This document shows positions 1-9,517 of a stretch of 43,423 bases of DNA, in pieces. The stretch's first letter is position 1. The number at the start of each line of letters is the position of its first letter. Source of the stretch: a virus. Lineage: Duplodnaviria; Caudoviricetes. The translations under genes were made by a program, and so were the position numbers. The notes beneath the pieces are model-generated. The model saw only the letters and a program-made list of their open reading frames with translations, was not told where the DNA came from and did not search any database. The stretch spans positions 1-43,423 of the IMG/VR virus record IMGVR_UViG_3300005805_000155; one strand, given 5' to 3'.

Positions 1-803
1 GAGATTACTGTATTACAAATCTGCTTCATGGTTGAAGTGACACCAGTAGCAGCAGTGTTTTCTATTTCAATACGAATTGGTAAAATGGCAGTGGTCATGT
101 AAGTGGTATCGTTTACATTGTCTCCATGAAAAACATGGGCGATTGCCATTCTTCCGTCAACAACAAATCCACAGCGAACATCACCCACACCCAACCACTC
201 AATATCCTTCCAGAAGATATTTGCTTTGGCAATATTTAAAGTTCTTAGTGTTGGCCCAGTGCCATCAAATTGATCTGTATTCCATTCTTCCTGTGGAATT
301 CTAACTTCGGTAGCAGCACCACCTGTAAGTTTTCTACGCATTACGATGTAATTTTTTGTGCCGTCATTCTCAAAGAAGATTCCATTGTCTTCGTTAAAGT
401 ATCCAATTCTCTGTCTAACACCTATTGTCTGAGCATTGAATACAAATGAATTCATAATCAATAAAGACTTTCCTGGTTGATAGGAAAATACTCTTTTTGT
501 TTGTCTAATTACTTTATCGTTTAAAACACCAGAGACACTTAAAGAAATACTGCTTTCATTAATATTATATTGCTTACCTGCTGCTCCAGTTAATGATGTA
601 TCCCAGTAAGAGTTTTCAGCATAGCGATGCTGACTATCAAACAATGTCTGTGGAGATGATTGTCTATTTCTACCAAAAGCATCGGTGGCAGTTCCTCCTG
701 TGCCAGCGTTGATGTTGCCGTAGTTATCGGCAAGCATCACCACTTCAAAGTTGGTTTTCTCTTGTGGTAGATAGTTGTTATAATGCTTACTATATTGTGC
801 CAT
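1..803 (-). CDS. Partial (3'-truncated) phage virion-associated/hypothetical protein with a probable beta-sandwich (lectin-like) core; absent from the ORF track
   Basis: Manual translation from the ATG at 803..801, which overlaps the TGA of the upstream ORF (TGATG): MAQYSKHYNNYLPQEKTNFEVVMLAD...DAFGRNRQSSPQTLFDS...RQTKRVFSYQPGKSLL...RIGYFNEDNGIFFE...IEWLGVGDVRCGF...YMTTAILPIRIEIEN...KQICNTVI. No stop codon before base 1. Shares motifs with the 964-aa protein. Confidence 0.85.
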   Translation of the reverse strand, partial: MAQYSKHYNNYLPQEKTNFEVVMLADNYGNINAGTGGTATDAFGRNRQSSPQTLFDSQHRYAENSYWDTSLTGAAGKQYNINESSISLSVSGVLNDKVIRQTKRVFSYQPGKSLLIMNSFVFNAQTIGVRQRIGYFNEDNGIFFENDGTKNYIVMRRKLTGGAATEVRIPQEEWNTDQFDGTGPTLRTLNIAKANIFWKDIEWLGVGDVRCGFVVDGRMAIAHVFHGDNVNDTTYMTTAILPIRIEIENTAATGVTSTMKQICNTVI

Positions 804-1048
804 CAGATTGAATACGCAACTTTACATGCTTTAAATGCTGCGCCACCTTCTAGTGTGTCTGTTGGATCTTTTTCTACAAAAGCAACTTCATTTGCTGCCA
901 TTGTGAAACTGCCAATAGTGTTTCCGTCAACATCTTTGCGAGTAACTAGTGCTGCTGTGCTAGTGTTGATGACTCTAACAACCGTTGCCGATCCAACATT
1001 AGTAGCTGATGTAAGCGTCGTTTCCGCCGCCAATACTTTGAGTGCCAT
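803..1048 (-). CDS. Small hypothetical phage protein (81 aa) downstream of gp16
   Basis: Clean ORF on the coding strand. A late promoter motif lies just upstream and its stop is coupled to the next start. Confidence 0.8.
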   Translation of the reverse strand: MALKVLAAETTLTSATNVGSATVVRVINTSTAALVTRKDVDGNTIGSFTMAANEVAFVEKDPTDTLEGGAAFKACKVAYSI

Positions 1049-1066
1049 GATACTTCCGTTTATTTT

Positions 1067-1474
1067 CTATTTATTCTTTGCCGCGTCTTTAATCATCTTT
1101 TGTAAATCAGCAGTAGTGCCAATAAACATAGTATTGTTGACTGTCGTTGGTGCTGACTTTTTATCTTCTTTGCCGAGATTTTTCATCTTGTGCTGAAGGT
1201 CAATGAGTTTATCTGTCATATCAGAAACTTGTTTCATTGCATTTACAGCAACTTCATATGCTCTAGGATGCCCCGATTCTTGTGCAACTTCTAAAGCACC
1301 CTGCACTGCTTCCTGACCTTGAGAGATAAGTCTGTATAATTCTCCTCTCGTGTATTCATAATCTTTATTAGCATCAACGCTAACCTCAGCATTTGCTTGT
1401 GTAATCATTTCAGTGGTTTCTTCAATAGGTGCTATATCAAAAATTTCTTCCATGTTGTCGTCAAATTTACTCAT
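1067..1474 (-). CDS. gp16: Terminase small subunit (T4 gp16-like)
   Basis: DYEYTRGELYRLISQGQEA...AQESGHPRAYEVA and TVNNTMFIGTTADLQKMIK are T4-like gp16 signatures. Lies directly after gp15. Confidence 0.95.
   Translation of the reverse strand: MSKFDDNMEEIFDIAPIEETTEMITQANAEVSVDANKDYEYTRGELYRLISQGQEAVQGALEVAQESGHPRAYEVAVNAMKQVSDMTDKLIDLQHKMKNLGKEDKKSAPTTVNNTMFIGTTADLQKMIKDAAKNK
1068..1075 (-). promoter_or_regulatory. Putative T4-like late promoter (AATAAATA)
   Basis: AATAAATA on the minus strand overlapping the gp16 stop, about 20 nt upstream of the 81-aa ORF start. Confidence 0.55.
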
Positions 1475-2271
1475 AGCAATTCAATTCCCTCGTTAAATCC
1501 AAAGTCATCATCTGGCATTAGTAATGCATCATCTGAAGCATCAATCACATTATCTCCATTCATATCTTCTGTAGCTTCTGGAGAAACTTCATACTTCAAT
1601 ACTCTACGATGCTGATTGAAATCTCCAATAGATTCAAATACAGTTGCCTTACGAATGATAGCGGCATCACTGACTGGGCCGTATAGGTAAGTTTTAAGAG
1701 TAAATCTTAACGTATATGTGATACTTCTTCTTCTCATCATATCGTCTTCATAATCATCTTCATACGACACATCATTTAGAATGATTGGAAGGTCTTTCTT
1801 CTCATCCATTTCAGGAATGAGATTTACTGTAACGTTGAAAGATGGTTGGAAGTATGGTAGAATCTGCTCAAGAATCTGAAGGGCATCATCCTGAGTCTTA
1901 GATAAGATTGCCAATTCAAATCCAAGATTATATGGCACAGGCATGAATTGCACTTTGACTGCATCAGCACCATCTGTTTTCAGATACTTTTGAATGGGTG
2001 AAGTCTTTCTTGCTGCATCATATGAGATGTCAATCATCTCAAATGAAATGCGAGGCATTGTGATACTTACTTTGCGCTCTGTGCTTGGGTCTTGATCTAG
2101 ACGAGCAAGAAACTTACTCTTGGGCCCATATGCAAGAGCAACTTTTTCTTGACGAATAACTTCTCCCGTATCGGGATCTTTCTTTTCGATTTGAATGTTA
2201 TTAAAAAGAGTGCCGAATGCCTTTACATTCTTTTTAATAATTTCGTGATAAAAATGTGAATTGCCTAACAT
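1471..2271 (-). CDS. gp15: Tail sheath stabilizer / tail terminator (T4 gp15-like)
   Basis: MLGNSHFYHEIIKK..AFGTLFNNI, LAYGPKSKFLARL, LPRISFEM-like motif, PVPYNL.FEL, QILEQILPYFQP. Lies between gp14 and gp16. Confidence 0.96.
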   Translation of the reverse strand: MLGNSHFYHEIIKKNVKAFGTLFNNIQIEKKDPDTGEVIRQEKVALAYGPKSKFLARLDQDPSTERKVSITMPRISFEMIDISYDAARKTSPIQKYLKTDGADAVKVQFMPVPYNLGFELAILSKTQDDALQILEQILPYFQPSFNVTVNLIPEMDEKKDLPIILNDVSYEDDYEDDMMRRRSITYTLRFTLKTYLYGPVSDAAIIRKATVFESIGDFNQHRRVLKYEVSPEATEDMNGDNVIDASDDALLMPDDDFGFNEGIELL

Positions 2272-3173
2272 TAGAATGAATCCTCCTGATCTCCATATTC
2301 ACCAAACGGATTGCTTTCAGAGAAATCTAATAACTCATCGCCCTTATCTTCATACCATTTGTTTTCAGCATTGTCATAATTGTCAATGTCAAAATCAATC
2401 GTAGAGAAAGAATCAACAACCCATGAAGCACCACTGTCTTCACCGACAAGTGCTAGATTTGTTTGTAATACTCCATTTATATAGGTAAGACGAAGCTTTC
2501 TATCGGGTGCATACCAATCAGCAACGCTAGCAGTAACGGTAACGGTATCTCCATCTGGAGTTGTATATGTTTGCGAAACAACTTCGCCATCAACATATGT
2601 GCCAGTGCCACCAGTCTTTACCGTGACTGGGAATACATGTGCTTCTTGAGCAAGATCATCTATTTCGTCAATGCCAGTATCGAATAGATTATCTGCATTC
2701 TCAAGCAACTCACATGTCAATGAAAAAATGTAATTCTTTCCGAGTTGATAGAAAGGCACTTCTCTTTCAACAAACTTAATTTCATATAGATTTTTAGTCA
2801 TTGGCACATACAACAGATCACCTTCATTAGGTCTGTCTTGCACCTTGAGAGTTAGAGTCTTTGCAATCGTTTCTAAGAATCTACTTTTGGAAACAGCAAA
2901 GGTAACTTCGTCGCTCAACTTTAGACCAAACTTAGACATTGCGACTGCACCTGATCCACCAAATCCTTCTACGTTAATCAACATCATTTCAAGCATGTAG
3001 AATTCTTTGAATTCATTTAGCACCACATCATTTAATGTGCGATCAATTAACATATGTTTTGGCACATAATATACATCCATACCAAACAACTTGATCTGCT
3101 CATCGACCAGATCTTGCACTAACTGTTGCTCAGTATTGACGCCACCTAATTGTGGAAAATGTACGCTTTTCAT
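2271..3173 (-). CDS. gp14: Neck protein / head completion (T4 gp14-like)
   Basis: EQQLVQDLVDEQIKLFGMDVYYVP, SKFGL, RPNEGDLLYVP, FVEREVPFYQLGK, C-terminal LDFSESNPFGE. Confidence 0.96.
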   Translation of the reverse strand: MKSVHFPQLGGVNTEQQLVQDLVDEQIKLFGMDVYYVPKHMLIDRTLNDVVLNEFKEFYMLEMMLINVEGFGGSGAVAMSKFGLKLSDEVTFAVSKSRFLETIAKTLTLKVQDRPNEGDLLYVPMTKNLYEIKFVEREVPFYQLGKNYIFSLTCELLENADNLFDTGIDEIDDLAQEAHVFPVTVKTGGTGTYVDGEVVSQTYTTPDGDTVTVTASVADWYAPDRKLRLTYINGVLQTNLALVGEDSGASWVVDSFSTIDFDIDNYDNAENKWYEDKGDELLDFSESNPFGEYGDQEDSF

Positions 3174-3174
3174 A

Positions 3175-3981
3175 TTATCCGATCATGTCTAGTGGTGGTA
3201 ATTCATAATCAGAGATAATCTTAGATTCAATGTCTTCAATCTCTCTGATAGCATCTTCGTAGATTTGACGACCATTGATGGAAACACCACCAGGCAATTG
3301 CACGTTATTAAATTTAATTAGATTCTGACCCCACTGCTTTTTAATAGCAGCAGTAGCATAACGCTTCACCCAGAAGTCATTATAAATTTTTGGAAGGTCT
3401 TGAGGATTGAGAGCACGATAGCACTCGATGATAAGAATTTTATCTTTAGTTAACATTGCTGGATCGTAGTCAATATAGAGTTTACCATTACGTTTGGTAA
3501 ATCTAAACTGAATGAGTGATCCAGTATTCAAAACCATGTCGAGGGTTTCGATGTAGGTCTTGACCATGTAGTAGTTAAGGATGTCAATAGATCCAAAAGC
3601 ATAGAGGTCATTCAAGAAGATCTGGTATTCAATACCAAATAGATCTCCTCTGATGCTACTTGAAGTTACTCCAAAGATTTTTTCCACACCAACGATGTGA
3701 TCTGGTAATTCAATATAGTTTCCTCTTTCCGTCCACACATCTCCATTCGCAGCAATGTGGGGAATATTGTTTGTTTTAAATCTATTGACTTCTGCTTCAG
3801 TTAATACATGTTTAAGGTGCATTTTTTCCATGCCATCGAAATGACGCTCTTGGAAAAACTGAAACGTGTCATCTAAAGCATCTTCTACTTGATCATCATC
3901 CACGTTAATTTCGAGCACGGGAGCGCCTAATTTTCGTAGACAATAATCTTTTAATTCTTCTCTCGATGCTGGCTTTGCCAT
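3175..3981 (-). CDS. gp13: Neck protein (T4 gp13-like)
   Basis: MAKPASREELKDYCLRKLGAPVLEINVDDDQ, WVKRYATA.IK.QWGQNL.KF..VQLPGGV..NG, C-terminal ELPPLDMIG. Confidence 0.97.
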   Translation of the reverse strand: MAKPASREELKDYCLRKLGAPVLEINVDDDQVEDALDDTFQFFQERHFDGMEKMHLKHVLTEAEVNRFKTNNIPHIAANGDVWTERGNYIELPDHIVGVEKIFGVTSSSIRGDLFGIEYQIFLNDLYAFGSIDILNYYMVKTYIETLDMVLNTGSLIQFRFTKRNGKLYIDYDPAMLTKDKILIIECYRALNPQDLPKIYNDFWVKRYATAAIKKQWGQNLIKFNNVQLPGGVSINGRQIYEDAIREIEDIESKIISDYELPPLDMIG

Positions 3982-4002
3982 TATTTTAGACTACTTTTTA
4001 AG

Positions 4003-4010
4003 TATTTATT
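4003..4010 (-). promoter_or_regulatory. Putative T4-like late promoter (AATAAATA) for gp13-gp16
   Basis: AATAAATA on the minus strand, about 22 nt upstream of the gp13 ATG. Confidence 0.7.
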
Positions 4011-4743
4011 AGATAATGATTCCGTATGATCTACCACCATCAGCAACAACGACAGCAACTTCTTTAAAACTTGTCAGAATGCTGGCACCAACACCAGGCT
4101 GACCAGTATCAGTTACAGTTAAGTTTCCAGTTGCTGTTTGTGGAGCATCCAACCTTCGTATAAAATAACACGAAGCGTCAGATCCTGTTGTAGTTTCTGT
4201 AAGCAATCCAGTGTAGTTTGTTGGTGCTGTTCCTCCACTCAGAAAGTCGTTTGGTTTGCCAAAACTACCTACAACTAAAGAACTTGCTCCTCCACTCAAA
4301 GTAGTTGGAGTGATTCCTGTTGCTGGACCAATGCTGTTTGCTGAAGCGTTTGTGGATTCTGTTCCAATAACATCAATCTCCCAAGTAAATCCTGCGCCTG
4401 GTCTAAATGCTAAAGTTCTTGCTGTGTAACTATCTCCAGCGTTTCCTGTTGTTCCAGTTCCAGTAAATGAAACAACTGGATTTGCTGTTCCAGTTGTAAA
4501 TTCTCTGTATCCATAATAATGGCGATGATTGCTAGTTCCGCCATTGGTAATCAATGCTACCTGAGTCCAATCTGTGGGATTTTGTGGAACTGGAGGAGAT
4601 GCGTTTACACCAAAAGTTTGGATTTGTAATACCAATAAATCTCCTACCGCCGCCCCAGCAGGTAAAGGAATTGTCCAGTTTGTTATTGGACTAGAACCAC
4701 CTCTAGTTGTAGCAGCACCAGCAGCAACAAATGTCCATGCCAT
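4009..4743 (-). CDS. Hypothetical beta-rich, Gly/Thr-rich protein, probably a fibre-tip or receptor-binding accessory (244 aa)
   Basis: In the fibre cluster, with a GGAG RBS upstream. Contains a P.G...GDLLVL motif and has a G/T/A-rich composition. Function is inferred from context. Confidence 0.7.
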   Translation of the reverse strand: MAWTFVAAGAATTRGGSSPITNWTIPLPAGAAVGDLLVLQIQTFGVNASPPVPQNPTDWTQVALITNGGTSNHRHYYGYREFTTGTANPVVSFTGTGTTGNAGDSYTARTLAFRPGAGFTWEIDVIGTESTNASANSIGPATGITPTTLSGGASSLVVGSFGKPNDFLSGGTAPTNYTGLLTETTTGSDASCYFIRRLDAPQTATGNLTVTDTGQPGVGASILTSFKEVAVVVADGGRSYGIII

Positions 4744-4756
4744 AATTAATCTCCTA

Positions 4757-6073
4757 TCAAGTCATTCTTACTTTAAGTGCTACTGTAACTTTAGTTACTG
4801 TAGATGGTGTTGCTTCCACATTAAATGCCAAAACATCACCAGCAGAAATGGTCAAAGTTGACCATTGCCCTGACAATGATGTATTTTGGTTTGCTAATGA
4901 ATTAGACAAAGTTGGTTTTGCTGAAGTAGAAATGCTATTTGTTGATGTTGGAACAGTATTGGAAGCATATGCTTTCTTCCAAACATCAACAACAATGCTT
5001 CCCTGAAGATCGGATTGAATTGTCCATTGTAAAATTTCACAATCAAAATCCACAACCACAAATCCCTTAACGCCAGCAGTAATAGCAGATGATCCACCAT
5101 CAATCAAGAAATTAATTGTTCTGTAGTTACTAATATAACTTAATGTAGCAGTGGATGGAGATCCTGCCACAGCAGTAATTGCTACAACATCATCTACAGC
5201 ACCAACTGCTCCAGGAAATTGAAGTTGATAACTACTTGATACTACTGCTGCTCCAAGTAAACCAACAAAGTTACTATTATCAGAATCATAAAGGTTTAAT
5301 GGTTTATTGCTGTATATACTTGTTGCTACGTTTGGACTTAAAATAATGTCACCAGAAGATGATGAGATTGTATTTAAGTCAAACGAAAGATTATTCACTG
5401 TGATTGCTTCTGCCGTTAGACTACCACCCAAAGTTAATACATCAGTTGTCGTATTGTAAGTGATATTTACATCGCTAGTAAAACCACCAGCACCATCAGA
5501 TAACTGAACAGATCCAGCAGCACCACTAGCAGTAGAAGAACCTGCTGCTTGTAAATCATCTGCCCATTCAAGTGTTGCTGCCGTTGCTGTAGCACCAGTA
5601 GCAATTTTTAATACCTGACCAACGGATCCAATCGTTGCTGGGAGTGTATATGCTCTGTTAGCAGCAACAGTTCCTGGTGCTTTGAAAGAGACATAGTTAC
5701 TGCTATCGGTATCAGCAAATCTAACTTCCCCTGCTGCCTTAAGAGTAAGATGAACGCCATCTGTTGTAACTCCAGCAGCACCAGCAAATGATCCAGAGCT
5801 ATAATATTGAATATATCCTTCTGCTCCTCCAGGTGTCTGAAGACCAGCAGAAACCCAACTCATGATTCCATTGCCATCAGTTTGTAGATACTGATTAGCG
5901 TTGCCGTCGTTTGCTGGGAATGTGAGAGTGAAATTAGTTGAGATTACATCTGGTGCTTTGAGTGCTACATGATTAGATTCATCTCCATCATGAAGAATAA
6001 TCTGTGCTCCAGAAGTTCCAGTGCCTAATACTTCTGGATTTTTTAGAATCTGTGACCTTGATAATTCAGCCAT
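4757..6073 (-). CDS. Tail fibre-like protein (about 438 aa; start revised to MAELSRSQ)
   Basis: The ATG at 6073 overlaps the upstream TAA (TAATG). Three copies of D.D.SN.V...AP.....YTL.P...G, plus L.TDG.G..SW and G..G.VQ fibre motifs. Confidence 0.8.
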   Translation of the reverse strand: MAELSRSQILKNPEVLGTGTSGAQIILHDGDESNHVALKAPDVISTNFTLTFPANDGNANQYLQTDGNGIMSWVSAGLQTPGGAEGYIQYYSSGSFAGAAGVTTDGVHLTLKAAGEVRFADTDSSNYVSFKAPGTVAANRAYTLPATIGSVGQVLKIATGATATAATLEWADDLQAAGSSTASGAAGSVQLSDGAGGFTSDVNITYNTTTDVLTLGGSLTAEAITVNNLSFDLNTISSSSGDIILSPNVATSIYSNKPLNLYDSDNSNFVGLLGAAVVSSSYQLQFPGAVGAVDDVVAITAVAGSPSTATLSYISNYRTINFLIDGGSSAITAGVKGFVVVDFDCEILQWTIQSDLQGSIVVDVWKKAYASNTVPTSTNSISTSAKPTLSNSLANQNTSLSGQWSTLTISAGDVLAFNVEATPSTVTKVTVALKVRMT

Positions 6074-8967
6074 TATGCCTGTGCCTCCGTCCACTTAAGT
6101 GAGAAGTCAATCGTTGCCAACTGAGCTTCTTTGTTTGAAATCACAAGAGCAAGAACCTCGGGACCATTTGGATAAGTTCCGTTACCACCAATAATTCCAT
6201 TTTCAATTGCTTTTACGCTTGACAAATTAAAAGATGATTTGTTTGCTCTTGATGGTGGAGTGATGTATCTGAAGATAACTTCTCCTCCTGTTGGTGCTGA
6301 TGAGAATTGAGCGTTAGCAACATATTGAGCAAACGATGGTTGGAATACTGTAGTGGAAGCTCCTAGTGTTTGAGTAGAAGCATTGACCCAAGTTAAAGCA
6401 CTAAAATCATTTGATGGATTAATTACACCCGCAATTTCTAGAGATTTATCACCTTGAATTTCCAATTCAGATAATTGAATAACTGATCTATTAATAACTT
6501 CACGATCACCTAAATTTCCTGGAAGAGTGTTGCTTACTGACGGAGCAAGACGGAATAGCAATACAGTTTCAGTTGTGTTACCAGCAATAGAGATGTTAAA
6601 ATCAGCAATGTTAAACAAGTATCCTACGTCAGGGTCGTAGTTACCATCCATAATTACAGCAGATCCCCAGTGTGAAATTGTTGGAGCACATGATGTATTC
6701 AATAGAATTACACTTGATCCTGCTGGATGATTTCGTGCTGTTGTTGTGCCATTAAAAGTTCTAGAAGCACCAGCGAGGAATTGAGTATATGATGTTCCTC
6801 TAGTTGTGCCAGTTAAAGCATTACCAGTTTTTCCTGTATACGAAATAACTTCAGTGAATACAGTTCCTGATTGGTTACTTGTAATAGCAACATAACCTGG
6901 ATATCCTGCTTCTGGAGTAGGAAATCTAAAGGCATCTTCTAAAGTTAAATCGCCAGAAGTTCCTGATGCCGATGCTAATCTATCAATAGCAGAAATGTTG
7001 GATACTTCATAACGAGCAGGTAAGTTACCTGTTCTCATATATGCTTCATCATTTACGTTGTTACCAGGCATACGATGAGCAATAATGAATTCTCCAAGTG
7101 GTCCACGAATCATAAAATCAACAAATCCAGCACCATACCATGACCACTGAATTGCCATCATCTGCATTTTAGAAAGGCGCACATTATAACCAGATGGACC
7201 TTCCCCATTTAACTTATCGTAGTTAAAACTTGACCTAGGAATTCTAAGTTCACGAATAATGGTCATTTTAATTCCGCCACCAGTTTGGGAAGATCCCCTA
7301 TATTCTGGAGCAACAGTTAATGAAGTTTGAGATGTAATTGCTGTTACGACATGACGTTGACCACGAATACTTACGCTATCTCCAACTTTTAATTGGTCTT
7401 GGAATCTTGTTGATGTTCCTGTAACCAAAGTTGATCCGTTAGTAACAGCAATCGTTCCAGCAAGTTGAAAAGTGGAAGATCTCTTTACAACATATAACTC
7501 TTGACCATCATATTCCCAATACAATCCGTTTGTATCGTCAAACATTCCAGTCCTTACTGAAGCACCAGACCAATTAACTACAGCAACTCTTGGTTGTGCT
7601 TCCAATACAGCAGGAGTTACTGTTGGAGCCGTACCACCAGCAGCAACAGTAAATACTAAATCACTTGTTACTGCTTTTACTGTATATTCTCCTTCATAAT
7701 TTGCTGAGGTAATACCATAAAGTTTTACTCTTGCTCCTGGCTGTAGACCATGCTCAATTTGGGTAGTCACGGTAATATCTGGAGAAGAATAGGTGATTGA
7801 ATCAACGTCAAAAACTGGACAGAATAATGTTCCAGTTGAGAAGAATAGTCCCTTACCTGACTGATAACGGAAGTATCTCTTTGTCTGTCTCTTTGCTTCC
7901 AATCCAAAAACTGGAAGAAATGGTCCCATAATTACACCACCATCAAATGGTCGGTGAATAAAGAAACTATCATTACGAGCATAAATTGAGACATTTGTTG
8001 TTGTAATTGTTGTGCCTACGTTTTGTCCTGTGCTGTAGGTAATTGTATCGGAATCAACAACTTGAGATACAAAATAATTACCCTCCCATGCTTGAGAACC
8101 AGCAGTGGAGTCAACTACCGTAATTGGAGATCCTGGATATAATCCATGATTACTGGAGAAATTAACAGTTACAATACCACCATTACCGTTACCAGTCATA
8201 GTGGAAATTGGTAAAGGAGACCCCGTGAAAATACTACCAGACTTAACGACTGTGTATGGAGTAAAAATTGATCCAGAAACAATCAAACCTTTTGCTTGGT
8301 ATGTAAATGTTGTTGCTGTGCTTGTTAAAACAATAAACACACCTTCAGCAAGGCTATTAGTTAAACCAAAAACAGAAACTGGAGTTCCAACAGCAGGAGA
8401 GTTGGCAGTAACAGTTACAGTAATAGTAGAATATGTTACGCCACCGCCAGTGCCACCAGAAGAAACATCGGTGACATTTAAACCAGCACCAGGAGACTCA
8501 TAGAATGATGGAATATTATTATTCAATCCAATGTTGTGCCACTTGGTTGCCTGTAGACCATATTCAAAGTCAGCGTCAATAAGTGATTCTGGATTGGCAA
8601 CTCTCATACGCTCAATAGCGTCTGTGCCAAAATCAAATGGTCTAGTTTTAACTCCGTGACGTTCATCCTCAATATAAATTGAGAGTTCGTCATCGTCACT
8701 CATTGCTGTGGTATCATAGTCTAGAGTGAAGGTGCAGGTGCCATCAATTGACCATGGAAAATCTGGGTCAGGGAATCCTGGATCACCTGGATAAATGTGA
8801 GCATGTGATCTTGTCCAACCTTTGCCTGGGTCAAATTGATTGGCAATAATAATACCATCAGTGGCATTCACAATCATCAAGAGATCGTGTGTTTCAATAT
8901 GACCTGGAACTTTTACTGTCTTGGCACTAGCATCAAATACCCATTGTTCTTCTTTTCTTTTTGCCAT
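6073..8967 (-). CDS. Modular virion structural protein (964 aa)
   Basis: N-terminus ..FDAS..TV.....LL.I.N.T resembles cyanophage virion proteins. Contains FGTDAIERMRVANPESLIDADFEYGLQ, several H-G-L beta modules and a core paralogous to ORF 1..803. Confidence 0.8.
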   Translation of the reverse strand: MAKRKEEQWVFDASAKTVKVPGHIETHDLLMIVNATDGIIIANQFDPGKGWTRSHAHIYPGDPGFPDPDFPWSIDGTCTFTLDYDTTAMSDDDELSIYIEDERHGVKTRPFDFGTDAIERMRVANPESLIDADFEYGLQATKWHNIGLNNNIPSFYESPGAGLNVTDVSSGGTGGGVTYSTITVTVTANSPAVGTPVSVFGLTNSLAEGVFIVLTSTATTFTYQAKGLIVSGSIFTPYTVVKSGSIFTGSPLPISTMTGNGNGGIVTVNFSSNHGLYPGSPITVVDSTAGSQAWEGNYFVSQVVDSDTITYSTGQNVGTTITTTNVSIYARNDSFFIHRPFDGGVIMGPFLPVFGLEAKRQTKRYFRYQSGKGLFFSTGTLFCPVFDVDSITYSSPDITVTTQIEHGLQPGARVKLYGITSANYEGEYTVKAVTSDLVFTVAAGGTAPTVTPAVLEAQPRVAVVNWSGASVRTGMFDDTNGLYWEYDGQELYVVKRSSTFQLAGTIAVTNGSTLVTGTSTRFQDQLKVGDSVSIRGQRHVVTAITSQTSLTVAPEYRGSSQTGGGIKMTIIRELRIPRSSFNYDKLNGEGPSGYNVRLSKMQMMAIQWSWYGAGFVDFMIRGPLGEFIIAHRMPGNNVNDEAYMRTGNLPARYEVSNISAIDRLASASGTSGDLTLEDAFRFPTPEAGYPGYVAITSNQSGTVFTEVISYTGKTGNALTGTTRGTSYTQFLAGASRTFNGTTTARNHPAGSSVILLNTSCAPTISHWGSAVIMDGNYDPDVGYLFNIADFNISIAGNTTETVLLFRLAPSVSNTLPGNLGDREVINRSVIQLSELEIQGDKSLEIAGVINPSNDFSALTWVNASTQTLGASTTVFQPSFAQYVANAQFSSAPTGGEVIFRYITPPSRANKSSFNLSSVKAIENGIIGGNGTYPNGPEVLALVISNKEAQLATIDFSLKWTEAQA

Positions 8968-8973
8968 TTTAAA

Positions 8974-9498
8974 TCATCCTAAAATTAGAGAGTAAGCAAT
9001 AATTCTTTCTTCTGGAATACTCACCTGCTCTGGAGGAGAGTTAAGACCAAAAGCAATTCCAAAGAATTCTTGACCTGCTTTTGGTGCTTCCACAAAATTA
9101 ATTTTAATTGGGTCAGTAATCGTATCTGTCCCACCACTGATGAAGAAACCAGCAGATTGTGTTGGGTCTGGTGCCTGAATTACACCACCAACAGAAATTA
9201 ACAATCTTCCTTCTGTGTTAACTTCTGTATTTAAAAACTTTAATGTTGATGATGAGATTGTAAACTGAGTTGTGACTCCATTGAAAGATCCTGAAATGTC
9301 ATCAAGAACTTTACACTCAGTTAGACGAACATCTGATGCTCCAACCTCAACGACTGTCTCAACAGCCCCTTGAGTTTTTTTAAAATACATCTTGCCATCG
9401 TATGTGTTGATGGCCACAACTCCCGAATCTAGTTGTGATGTAGTTGGAACTTTACTTGGAACTGCTGATCTTAATACCTGTACCTTTGGGTCGGCCAT
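8974..9498 (-). CDS. Fibre/baseplate accessory protein (174 aa)
   Basis: Fibre-type N-terminus (MADPKVQVLRS....VP....L..G.VAINT.DGK) fused to a module (LDDISGSFNG..TQF...LLISVGGVIQ.P...I.F.EAP) also present in the gp7-like protein. Confidence 0.75.
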   Translation of the reverse strand: MADPKVQVLRSAVPSKVPTTSQLDSGVVAINTYDGKMYFKKTQGAVETVVEVGASDVRLTECKVLDDISGSFNGVTTQFTISSSTLKFLNTEVNTEGRLLISVGGVIQAPDPTQSAGFFISGGTDTITDPIKINFVEAPKAGQEFFGIAFGLNSPPEQVSIPEERIIAYSLILG

Positions 9499-9517
9499 TT
9501 ATATGTCCTATGTAGGG

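Noticed and set aside
6074-6094. Track starts at 6094 (445 aa) and 12310 (75 aa)
   Set aside because: Both overlap upstream genes. The downstream ATGs at 6073 and 12271 fit better.
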